Source: an uncultured Actinomycetota bacterium | GTDB lineage: Bacteria; Actinomycetota; Nitriliruptoria; Nitriliruptorales; Nitriliruptoraceae | Assembly (NCBI GenBank): GCA_964438785.1 | Contig: CAYTLZ010000002.1 | Span: forward strand, 1-52,580 | DNA: 52,580 nt | Direction: 5' to 3' | Shown: positions 28,857 through 37,015 of the stretch, in pieces | Layout: each line of letters begins with the position of its first letter | Numbering within the stretch: the stretch's first letter is position 1 | The notes under the pieces: generated by a model | The model's input: only the letters and a program-made list of their open reading frames with translations | What the model was told of the DNA's origin: nothing | Database searches by the model: none | Made by a program: the position numbers and the translations under genes

Positions 28857-30962
28857 TCACCTCGCTGGAGGTACTGCGTGCTGCGCCGAAATCCCCGCTC
28901 CCTGCTGTTGTCCATCGCCACCGTTCTGACTGGTGTCCTGCTGCTCGGTGGCACCGCGCTGGCCGCCGAGTCGCGGTTCACCGACACCGACGGTCGTGGC
29001 TTCGAGCCCGCCGTCGAGGCGCTCGCCGACGAGGGGCCCGTGCTCGGGTGCACCGGCACCGAGTTCTGCCCCGACCAGATCGTGACCCGCGCACAGGCGG
29101 CGACGCTGGTCGCCCGTGCGACCGGCCTGTTCGACCAGGAGGTCGACGAGGACGGGGTGACGACGAGTGCCGCCACGATGGTCGTCACCGCCGAGGACGT
29201 CGAGATCTTCGACGACGTCGACGTGGACGACGTGCACGCGCCCGGCATCGTCGCGCTGGCCGCCGCGGACATCACCCAGGGCTGCGACGACGACATCTAC
29301 TGCCCCGACGAACCGCTGTCGCGCGCTCAGCTCACGATGATGCTCTACCGCGCCTTCGAGGTCGCGAGCTCCGACGAGCCGGCGTTCGACGACCTCGGTG
29401 TCACCCACGAGCCCGCGGTCAACGCCTTCGCCGCCGCCGGTCTGGTGGCGGGTTGCAGCGACCGGTTGCCGGACTTCTGCCCCAACGACGAGATGCCCCG
29501 CTGGCAGGCCGCCGTCCTGCTGGCCCGGGTCCTGGAGCTCGCGCCAACCGTCGAGTTGGCCCCGCTCGAGGAGCGCCGCGCCGAGCAGGCCGAGATCGAC
29601 GAGGCCGAGCGCCAGCGCATCGCCGCCGAGGAGGAGGCGGAGCGCCGGCGCATCGCCGAGGAGGAAGCCGCCCGTCAGGCCGCCCAGGAGGAGCAGTACC
29701 CCACCAACCGGCTGTCGACCTGGGAGGCGCTCGCCCAGTGCGAGTCCAACGGCAACTGGTCGATCAACACGGGCAACGGCTACTACGGCGGGCTGCAGTT
29801 CCTGCCGGAGACCTGGTGGGCGGTCGGCGGTAGCGGCTACCCGCACCAGGCCTCCAAGGCCGAGCAGATCCGCCGTGGTGAGATCCTGCAGCAGCGTTAC
29901 GGCTGGGGCCAGTGGCCCGCATGCTCCCGCGCGCTCGGCCTGCGCTGACCTGACCGATCCACGCCGGATCGTCCGGATCACGCTGTCCGCACCGTCCCCA
30001 CCGCACCATCGAGCCGCGCCGCCCCACCGGGCGGCGCGGCGCGTGTGGGAGCCGACGCAGGGCGCCCAGCCCGTGCCCCGGGGGCGCACCGGCCCCGCGT
30101 CGGGGTGCAGGATCTCGGCCAGGATCTCCGCCGAGTCCGCGAGCCTGGGGCCGGGTCGGTTGAAGTACCGGTGCCCGTCGGTCAGCGCCACCCGACCGTC
30201 GGCGACCGCGCGGAGCTCGCCCCACCCGGGCAGCGCACGCAGGGCCGCGGCCTCCGCCCGGGTGCGGTCGAGGTCGAAGCCGCACGGCATGACGACGATG
30301 GCGTCCGGATCAGCCGCGACGACCCCCTCCCAGGTCAGCCAGGGCGAGTGCTCGCCGGCTCGTCCGAACAGCTCGTCACCGCCGGCCGCAGCGAGCAGGT
30401 CGGGCATCCAGTTGCCGGCGCTCATGAGCGGATCGATCCATTCGATGGTCACCACGCGTCGACGGGGTCGGTCCGCGGTCGCGGCGCGTACCGCCTCGAT
30501 CCGGGCGCGCATCCCGTCGGCGACCGCGAGCGCGCGCTCGGCGACGCCCAGAGCCGTCGCGACGCGGCCGATGTCGTCGAACACGTCCTGCAACGTCGAC
30601 GGTTCGAGCGCGACCACCTCGACGTCCGTGCCGAGGTGGTCGTCCACGGCGCGTTGCACGTCCTGCAAGCTGACGGCGCAGACCTCGCACAGTGACTGGG
30701 TCAGCACGACGTCCGGTCGCAGTTCGGCCAGCACGTCGGTGTGGACCGTGTAGACCGACAGCGCCTGCTCCAGGATGTCGCGCAGCTGCCGGTCGATGCC
30801 ACCGCTGTCACCGGTCACCGCGACGCGGGGTTCGGTGACCACGGGCAGCGCCTCCACGCCCGCGGGGTGATCGCACTCGTGCGAGCGACCGACGAGCTGG
30901 TCACCGCAACCGAGCGCGTGCACGATCTCCGTCGTCGACGGCAGCAACGACACGATCCGCAT
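28857..30962 (-). CDS. BtuF/FhuD-like (Peripla_BP_2) binding protein without a signal peptide; the ORF has no stop until 28857, so the 3' end is doubtful
   Basis: The first ~290 aa (about 30090-30962) read as a cobalamin/siderophore-type binding protein (MRIVSLLPSTTEIVHALG...DPDAIVVMPCGF...GHRYFNRPGPRL). The remaining ~410 codons are antisense to rpf and look like a shadow frame. Confidence 0.5.
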   Translation of the reverse strand: MRIVSLLPSTTEIVHALGCGDQLVGRSHECDHPAGVEALPVVTEPRVAVTGDSGGIDRQLRDILEQALSVYTVHTDVLAELRPDVVLTQSLCEVCAVSLQDVQRAVDDHLGTDVEVVALEPSTLQDVFDDIGRVATALGVAERALAVADGMRARIEAVRAATADRPRRRVVTIEWIDPLMSAGNWMPDLLAAAGGDELFGRAGEHSPWLTWEGVVAADPDAIVVMPCGFDLDRTRAEAAALRALPGWGELRAVADGRVALTDGHRYFNRPGPRLADSAEILAEILHPDAGPVRPRGTGWAPCVGSHTRRAARWGGAARWCGGDGADSVIRTIRRGSVRSAQAERAGACGPLAPAVTLLQDLTTADLLGLGGLVRVAATADRPPGLRQELQPAVVAVARVDRPVAVGLALGERLPGRQPVGGVLLLLGGLTGGFLLGDAPALRLLLGGDALALGLVDLGLLGAALLERGQLDGWRELQDPGQQDGGLPAGHLVVGAEVRQPVAATRHQTGGGEGVDRGLVGDTEVVERRLVGARDLEGAVEHHRELSARQRFVGAVDVVVAALGDVRGGQRDDAGRVHVVHVDVVEDLDVLGGDDHRGGTRRHPVLVDLLVEQAGRTGDQRRRLCAGHDLVGAELGAGAPEHGPLVGERLDGGLEATTVGVGEPRLGGQRGATEQQDTSQNGGDGQQQGAGISAQHAVPPAR
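28878..29948 (+). CDS. Secreted resuscitation-promoting-factor (Rpf) protein with three SLH-like repeats and a coiled-coil linker
   Basis: GGAGG lies 7 nt before the GTG and the protein has a signal peptide. It has three repeats of F.D....H.P.V.AL...G...GC.....FCP.....R.Q, a Glu/Arg/Ala-rich helix, and a C-terminal Rpf domain (WEALAQCESNGNWSINTGNGYYGGLQF). GC3 is high. Confidence 0.85.
   Translation: MLRRNPRSLLLSIATVLTGVLLLGGTALAAESRFTDTDGRGFEPAVEALADEGPVLGCTGTEFCPDQIVTRAQAATLVARATGLFDQEVDEDGVTTSAATMVVTAEDVEIFDDVDVDDVHAPGIVALAAADITQGCDDDIYCPDEPLSRAQLTMMLYRAFEVASSDEPAFDDLGVTHEPAVNAFAAAGLVAGCSDRLPDFCPNDEMPRWQAAVLLARVLELAPTVELAPLEERRAEQAEIDEAERQRIAAEEEAERRRIAEEEAARQAAQEEQYPTNRLSTWEALAQCESNGNWSINTGNGYYGGLQFLPETWWAVGGSGYPHQASKAEQIRRGEILQQRYGWGQWPACSRALGLR
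30013..30040. terminator. Strong hairpin GCCGCGCCGCCC-cacc-GGGCGGCGCGGC, likely a bidirectional terminator
   Basis: A perfect 12-bp G/C stem, 65 nt downstream of the rpf stop and just downstream of where homology ends in the convergent binding-protein gene. Confidence 0.55.
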
Positions 30963-30995
30963 GGCGTCCGGGCTCTCTGGTCGGGGCCCGGCACG

Positions 30996-31559
30996 CTATC
31001 GGGTGGCATCTCCCGAGCCGGAGTCGGTCGGCGAGTCGGTCGGCGGGTCGGTCGGCGGCCCGCCCGGGGGGTCCGCGAGTCGGGGGGCCACGGCCGTCGG
31101 CAGGACCTCGAGGAACCGCTCGATCGCGGCGAGTTCGGTGTCGTCGAAGTCGTGCAGCGTGGCCATCACCCGCCCGGCCATCGCGCCGAAGAAGGCTCCC
31201 GCCAGCTCGCTCGCACTGCTCGAGACGGTGACGGTGACCCGCCGCCGGTCGCGGGCATCGGTGCCCCGCACGACATGCCCACGGGCCTCGAGCCGATCGA
31301 CCAGGGCCGTGATCGCACCCGCGCTCAGCGCCAACCGTCCGCCGAGTTCGCCCATCGGCATCGGCTCGTCGGCCCGGGCCAGGTGGTTCAGGGCCGCCAG
31401 GTCCGAGCGATGCAGTTCGGCGGTCTGGCTCCAGTCGTGCTCGAGCGCGTCGAGCGCGTCGGCGAACCGCTGGAGCAGTTCCAGGATGCGGCGGCGGCGT
31501 TCGTCGGCCGCCGACGCATCGGCGGCACTGACGACGTGTCCGTCATCCGGTCCACTCAT
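30996..31559 (-). CDS. MarR-family transcriptional regulator with a Pro/Thr/Asp-repeat tail
   Basis: The winged-helix region reads MGELGGRLALSAGAITALVDRLEARGHVVRGTDARDRRRVTV. The C-terminal tail is PPTDPPTDSPTDS. It sits divergent from the MMPL gene. Confidence 0.85.
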   Translation of the reverse strand: MSGPDDGHVVSAADASAADERRRRILELLQRFADALDALEHDWSQTAELHRSDLAALNHLARADEPMPMGELGGRLALSAGAITALVDRLEARGHVVRGTDARDRRRVTVTVSSSASELAGAFFGAMAGRVMATLHDFDDTELAAIERFLEVLPTAVAPRLADPPGGPPTDPPTDSPTDSGSGDATR

Positions 31560-31666
31560 GGCGACGCTCCGAAACTTCGATGATCAAATGGTACAGTTCT
31601 CGAAATGATTTGCGTGTCCGCCCGGCCTGATGGGTAGCACGCCCGGCAGACCCGGAGGTACCCGGC

Positions 31667-34174
31667 ATGGTGGCCGTCTTCGATCGACTCGCCCGCATCA
31701 TCGACCGCCGACCGGGACGGGTCGTCGTCCTCATGGTGCTGGTGACCCTCGGGATCGGCGCCTTCGCCGGCCAGGCCGTCAACGAGGACGGGGTCGCGGT
31801 CGACAACGAACTGTCGGCGGCGCTCGACACGATCGACGAGACCTTCGGCGAGCGGCAGTCGGTCGCGCAGATCGTGGTGACGAGTACCGACGGTGCGGAC
31901 GTCCGCCGGGCCGAGGCCCTGCGGACCTCGCTGGCGATCCAGGACGCGATCCAGGCCGACGACGTCGCGGACACGCTCATCGCCGACGGCCAGCAACCGC
32001 CGATCGCGTCCTTTCTGGGTGGGGCCGAGATCGCGGTCGAGATGGCGGGGCTCGATCCGGCGGTGCTGGGCGACGACGAGGTGCTGGAGCTGCAGGCCGA
32101 CGCGCTCGCGATGCTGCCGCCCCAGGTCGGCGGGCTGTTCGAGGGCCTCGTCGGCAGCGACGAACCCCCGACCGCCGGACTGATCCTGGCGTTCCAGGAC
32201 ACCGACGGACTCGACGAGGACGCGATCGTCGAGCAGCAGCGGGTACTCGCCGGGGTCGTGGACGGGGTCGAGGTCCCTGCCGGGCTCGAGGTCGAGACCT
32301 TCTCCTTCGGGCTGCTGCTGACCGGCACCGACATCGGCCCGGAGATCGGGCGGCTGTTCGGCACGGCGCTGCTCATCATCCTGCTCGTGCTCGCGGTGGT
32401 GTACTGGGTCAAGCCCGACGCCGGTCAGCGCTGGCGGCTCGGCCGGCGGACGGCCGCCGACGTCGGACTCACCCTGGCCGTGATCGTGTTCGCCGTGGTG
32501 TGGATGCAGGGGCTCGGGGTCCTGCTCGGACCCGACTACGCCGGCCTCATCGGCTACTTCTCACCCCAGACCCAGAACGTGCCGATCCTGATCAGCGGGC
32601 TGGGGGTGGACTTCGCCATCCACCTGCTCGCCCGCTACCGCTCGGAGGTCGGGGTCGGTGGCGACCCGGCGGCGTCGCTGGCCGTCGCGATCCGCACCGT
32701 GGGCCTCACCCTGCTGCTGTGCACCGCGGCGACCGCCATCGGGTTCCTGACCAACCTGGCGAGCCCCGTCGACTTCCTGGCCACGCTCGGCGTGCTCGCG
32801 GCCTGCGGCATCGTGGCGGCGTTCGTGCTGACCCTGACCTTCCTGCCGGCGGTCCGGCTCATGCTCGACCGCCGGGCGCAGCGGCTCGGGCGGCTGCCCG
32901 CGTCCGCGTTGGCGACCCAGTCCAGCGCGACCCTGCCGCGCGTGATGGGCCGCACGGCCTGGCTGGCCGAGCGGGCCCCCGTGCCGACCCTCGTCGTCGC
33001 GACCCTGCTCGTCGGCATCGGTGGCTACGGGTTCACCCAGCTCGACAGCGAGTTCAATCTCACCGACTTCGTGCCGCAGGACGAGCCGCTGCTCGCGACG
33101 TTCGACGTCATCACGGAACGCTTCAACGGCGGCTTCGAGGAGTCGACCGAGGTCCTGATCCGGGGGGACGACGTCCTGACGCCCGCGGCCCACAACGCGT
33201 TGGTCGACGCGCTGGACGCGGCGGGCGACATCGACGACGTCGAGACGCTCGGTGGGCAGCCCGATGCCACCTCGATCGTGTCCGTGCTCGGGCAGGCGTT
33301 CGAGGACGACGGGCTCGCCGCCGACCTGACCGGGCTCGGTGTGCAGGACGATCTGCGGGTCGGTGCGGACACGGACGTGGGGGCGGTCTACGAGCTGCTG
33401 CTCGACGGCACGGACGGTGCGGCGGGTGTGGTCGCCCTGGACACGGCCGAGCCGCTGACCCGGGTCACGCTGCGCACCTCGGCCGGCCAGAACGGGGCTG
33501 CCCCCCTGGCCGACGACCTGGCCGGTGCGTTCGCGCCCGTCGAACGGGCGGGTGCCGAGGTGGTCCCGACCTCGCAGGAGATCGTGCAGGCGGGGATCGG
33601 GGCCGACATCGAGGACTCCCAGATCGTGTCGCTGCTGATCGCGCTGGGTGCGGCCATGGCACTGCTGGTCGTGCACTTCTGGATCGCCGAGCGCAAGCCC
33701 CTGATCGGGGTCATCACCGTGCTGCCGGTCGGGCTCGTGCTGGCGCTGACCTTCGGCACGATGGCCGTGACGGGAATCCCCTTGAACCCCGTCACGGCCA
33801 CCCTGGCGGCACTGTCGATCGGTATCGGCGTGCCCTTCACGATCCACGTGACCTCGCGGTTCCTGGAGGAACGACTGCGCGGCGAGGTCGACGGTGCCGG
33901 AGCGTTGCGCCGGACCGTGGCGCAGACCGGTGGGGCGCTGGCCGGATCGGCGTTGACCACCGCCATCGGGTTCGGGGTCCTGGTCACCTCGACGCTGGTG
34001 CCCTTCGAACAGCTCGGCTACGTGATCGTGTACGCGATCGTGTACTCGTTGGTCGCGGCGGTGCTGGTCCTGCCGAGCATGCTCGCGCTGTGGGACCGGG
34101 TGGCCGCCCGCCCGGAGGCGGACGGCCGGGACCTCAACCCTGCACCAGCTCGTGCTGCTCGAGCAGGACGTTGA
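31667..34174 (+). CDS. MMPL/RND-superfamily membrane transporter
   Basis: The 835-aa protein has two blocks of about 6 TM helices separated by soluble loops. GGAGG RBS. The pairing with a MarR gene is typical. Confidence 0.85.
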   Translation: MVAVFDRLARIIDRRPGRVVVLMVLVTLGIGAFAGQAVNEDGVAVDNELSAALDTIDETFGERQSVAQIVVTSTDGADVRRAEALRTSLAIQDAIQADDVADTLIADGQQPPIASFLGGAEIAVEMAGLDPAVLGDDEVLELQADALAMLPPQVGGLFEGLVGSDEPPTAGLILAFQDTDGLDEDAIVEQQRVLAGVVDGVEVPAGLEVETFSFGLLLTGTDIGPEIGRLFGTALLIILLVLAVVYWVKPDAGQRWRLGRRTAADVGLTLAVIVFAVVWMQGLGVLLGPDYAGLIGYFSPQTQNVPILISGLGVDFAIHLLARYRSEVGVGGDPAASLAVAIRTVGLTLLLCTAATAIGFLTNLASPVDFLATLGVLAACGIVAAFVLTLTFLPAVRLMLDRRAQRLGRLPASALATQSSATLPRVMGRTAWLAERAPVPTLVVATLLVGIGGYGFTQLDSEFNLTDFVPQDEPLLATFDVITERFNGGFEESTEVLIRGDDVLTPAAHNALVDALDAAGDIDDVETLGGQPDATSIVSVLGQAFEDDGLAADLTGLGVQDDLRVGADTDVGAVYELLLDGTDGAAGVVALDTAEPLTRVTLRTSAGQNGAAPLADDLAGAFAPVERAGAEVVPTSQEIVQAGIGADIEDSQIVSLLIALGAAMALLVVHFWIAERKPLIGVITVLPVGLVLALTFGTMAVTGIPLNPVTATLAALSIGIGVPFTIHVTSRFLEERLRGEVDGAGALRRTVAQTGGALAGSALTTAIGFGVLVTSTLVPFEQLGYVIVYAIVYSLVAAVLVLPSMLALWDRVAARPEADGRDLNPAPARAARAGR

Positions 34175-34544
34175 CCACGTCGCGGATCGAGATCACCCCG
34201 GTCACGGCACCGTCGCGGGTGACGGCGAGGTGGCGCACCTCGCCCGCCGCCATCGCGGCGGCCGCGTCGACCACCGTGGCGTCCTCCTCGACGCCGATGA
34301 TCTCCGCCGAGGCGTGCTCCCGGACGCGGGCGAGCTCGAGGTCGACGTCCTCGACGATCGCCTCGACGAGGTCGCGCTCGGACAGCACCCCGTGCACGCC
34401 GCGGGGCGAGACGACGACCAGCAGCCCGACGTGATCGGCGGCGAGCGCGTCGGCCGCCTCGCGCAGGGTCGCGGTGGGCGTGATGGTGGCGACGGGCAGG
34501 CCGATGAGACGGCCGACCGGGTCGTTCAGGCGGATGCCGAGCAT
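34134..34544 (-). CDS. CBS-domain pair protein
   Basis: The 136-aa protein has two CBS motifs (VVVSPRGVHGVLSERDLV and AVTRDGAVTGVISIRDVV). I chose the ATG at 34544. Confidence 0.8.
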   Translation of the reverse strand: MLGIRLNDPVGRLIGLPVATITPTATLREAADALAADHVGLLVVVSPRGVHGVLSERDLVEAIVEDVDLELARVREHASAEIIGVEEDATVVDAAAAMAAGEVRHLAVTRDGAVTGVISIRDVVNVLLEQHELVQG

Positions 34545-34753
34545 GACGGTCCCTTTCCGGATGGGAACCCGTCCGAGGGTCGACACCGAGCACGGGGGCC
34601 CGTGCGGTGACCGTCGGTCCGGGTGCCGGGGTTCGAGCACGCCACCAGCATCGGGCCCGGTTCGGCTGACGGACAGGGACGCAGGTCCCCGCGCCAGGGG
34701 TCCAACGTCAGCCGCGCGGGCCCGGGCCCGTGGTCAGGCACGTGGGTCGCTGG

Positions 34754-35422
34754 TCAGGCGGGGTCCTCGTCCAGCAGTTGCTCGACGTCGTCCGGGCTGA
34801 CCCCGGGCAACTCACCGAGCAACCTGGCCTTCTTCGCGCTGAACTCCTGATCGGTCAGATGGCCCCGCTCGCGGAGATCGGCCAGCGCCTCGAGCTGCTC
34901 GACGACGTCACGGGCCCGGGTCGAACCGCCGCCCTTGAAGTGCAGCGTCCGCAGCTCCCGGGCACGGTAGATCTCGGACTGGAAGGCCTCCGGATCGGGA
35001 ATGTCCATCAGCCGGCTCTGGCCGGTCTGACCCGCCGACTCGACCAGGATGTCGCCGTAGCCGAGCAACCGCTCGAGCACCTTCTGGGTGAACAGCACGT
35101 TGTTGATGTTCTCCAGCGGGATCTCCGTGCCCTGGCGGGCGACCATCCCGGAGCGCACGATGATCCGCTCCGTGGTCAGCACGTAGTTCGTGAACCACCA
35201 CTCGACCAGTCGCCGCACGGACAGCACCAGCCACAGTACGACGGCGATCCCCAGCGCCCACAGGCCGTAGGGCTGGTCGGACGCGGCGAAGGCGAACGTG
35301 AAACCGACCAGGGCCGCGAACAGCATCGCCCAGCCGAGCGCGGGGAGCAGGACCCGCCAGTGGGGTCGGAACTGATGGAGGATCTCCTCGTCCTCGGTCA
35401 GCAGCCGCGTGGGGTAGCGCAT
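34754..35422 (-). CDS. Membrane bPH_2 (YdbT/DUF304-like) domain protein with a C-terminal SHOCT domain
   Basis: An N-terminal TM hairpin is followed by TNYVLTTERIIVRSG...IPLENINNV (bacterial PH pattern). The C-terminal sequence LADLRERGHLTDQEFSAKKARLLG is SHOCT-like. Confidence 0.8.
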   Translation of the reverse strand: MRYPTRLLTEDEEILHQFRPHWRVLLPALGWAMLFAALVGFTFAFAASDQPYGLWALGIAVVLWLVLSVRRLVEWWFTNYVLTTERIIVRSGMVARQGTEIPLENINNVLFTQKVLERLLGYGDILVESAGQTGQSRLMDIPDPEAFQSEIYRARELRTLHFKGGGSTRARDVVEQLEALADLRERGHLTDQEFSAKKARLLGELPGVSPDDVEQLLDEDPA

Positions 35423-35634
35423 CGCGATGGCTCCTCGTGATCGACCGGGTCACCCGGTGCGCCCGGGCCGGCGGATCGAGGTGCAGCGTAGACCGGGCGG
35501 TGCTCGGGCAGGCCGAACGTCACGGGCGATCGTGCCCGTGTGGCCCTGCCCGTCGGCCCCCGGACGCTGCATGCTCGAGGTGTGCCCCGACAGACGGCGC
35601 GCCGCGCCGTCCAGACCGGACAGGAGTGGTCACC

Positions 35635-36063
35635 ATGGAACGCATCGTGGTTGGGATCGATGGCTCGGCGGATGCGCGACGCGCACTGCGCTGGGGCCTG
35701 CATGAAGCGGCCGTGCACGGTGCCGAAGTGCAGCTGGTGCACGCGTATCCGACCCCGGAACTCGTCGCTCTGCCGGCGGTCGTGACGTTGCCGTCGGACG
35801 ACGAGCTGCGCAAGGCCGCGGAAGAGGTCATCGCCGAGGTGCTGGACGGTGAGGGCGGTCCGGGTGAGGTCCCGGTGACGACCACCGTGATGGCCGGCGG
35901 CGCGGCGTCGGTGCTCTGCGAGGTCGCCAAGGGCGCGCTGATGATGGTCGTCGGTGCCCGTGGACTGGGTGGCTTCCGGGGTCTGCTGCTCGGGTCGGTG
36001 ACCCACCAGGTCGTCGCCCACAGCCCGTGCCCCGTGGTCGTCGCCGTGCCCGAGGGCCGCTGA
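35635..36063 (+). CDS. Universal stress protein (UspA family)
   Basis: It has IVVGIDGSADARRAL and the ATP-binding motif GARGLGGFRGLLLGSVTHQVVAHSPCPVVVV. The ATG has a CAGGAG RBS. Confidence 0.85.
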   Translation: MERIVVGIDGSADARRALRWGLHEAAVHGAEVQLVHAYPTPELVALPAVVTLPSDDELRKAAEEVIAEVLDGEGGPGEVPVTTTVMAGGAASVLCEVAKGALMMVVGARGLGGFRGLLLGSVTHQVVAHSPCPVVVAVPEGR

Positions 36064-36217
36064 CAACCACTACGCTGCGCGCTCAACCGAGGCTCGGACC
36101 GGCCCCATGACCGGGGTACCGGACACCGCGTGGAGCGACGTCGTTCCCGGTGTCACCCGATGCCAGGAGGTACGACGTCATGCGGTCCGTTCCCGATCTG
36201 CCATTGGCCGGTTTCCG

Positions 36218-36907
36218 GTGAAGGTCGAGCGCTTCACCGTCGAACTCGACGGCTTCGCCACACCGGTCACCGCGGAGCGTCAGACACCGGCGCGTCGTCG
36301 TGGCGCGCCGGTGCTGTTGACGCCCGGTGCCGGCGGCGACCTCGACGGCGACGGCCTCGTGGCGTTGGCCACGGTGCTCGCCGAGCTGGGGCACACGGTC
36401 GTGCGGGCGAATCTGCCCCACAACGAGACGCGCCGACGGCCACCGAAGGCCGAGCGGTCCACGGGGGCCTACCGCCAGCTGCTGGCGGGGGTCGCGGCAC
36501 GCGTGGACGCCGATCGGTCCTGGATCGTGGGTGGCAAGTCCTACGGAGGCAGGGTCGCCTCGATGGCGGTGGCCGGGGGCATGACGGCCGCTGCGCTGTT
36601 GCTGTACGGCTATCCGCTGCACCCGCCGGGCAAGCCGGAGCAACTGCGCGTCGGGCACTGGCCCGCGATCGCCGTGCCGTGCCTGTTCCTGCAGGGCGAG
36701 CGCGACACGTTCTCGTCGCCGGAACTGCTCGCAGCGTGCGTCCACAAGCTGCCTCGACGTCCCGCCGTGGTCGTGGTCCCCGGTGGCGACCACTCGCTGC
36801 ACGTCACGGGCCGGGCCAGTGCCGATGGGACACCGAGCAACCCGCCGACGACGATCGCGTCGTTGCGCGACGAGCTGCGCAACTGGTTGGCGGGGCTGGA
36901 CGGCTGA
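36218..36907 (+). CDS. Alpha/beta-fold hydrolase (COG3571 / dienelactone-hydrolase-like)
   Basis: The nucleophile elbow is GGKSYGG and the catalytic His lies in GGDHSL. I chose the GTG at 36218 because codons between the ATG at 36107 and 36218 have poor GC3. 36107 remains an alternative start. Confidence 0.7.
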   Translation: MKVERFTVELDGFATPVTAERQTPARRRGAPVLLTPGAGGDLDGDGLVALATVLAELGHTVVRANLPHNETRRRPPKAERSTGAYRQLLAGVAARVDADRSWIVGGKSYGGRVASMAVAGGMTAAALLLYGYPLHPPGKPEQLRVGHWPAIAVPCLFLQGERDTFSSPELLAACVHKLPRRPAVVVVPGGDHSLHVTGRASADGTPSNPPTTIASLRDELRNWLAGLDG

Positions 36908-37015
36908 GGTGTCCCGTCGGTGCCGGGTCCGACGCCGGGCCCGATCGGACTAGCGTCCCGGCGACCGGGCCGGACGAGGCCCGGGCGGCGAGGAGCGGGT
37001 GGTGAGGAGCGGGTC

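Noticed and set aside
31560-31666. Direct or inverted repeats in the AT-richer MarR/MMPL divergent promoter (TTCGATGATCAAATG ... TCGAAATGATTTG).
   Set aside because: The repeats are imperfect and I could not define a clean palindrome. A MarR operator is likely somewhere here, but I cannot place it with confidence.
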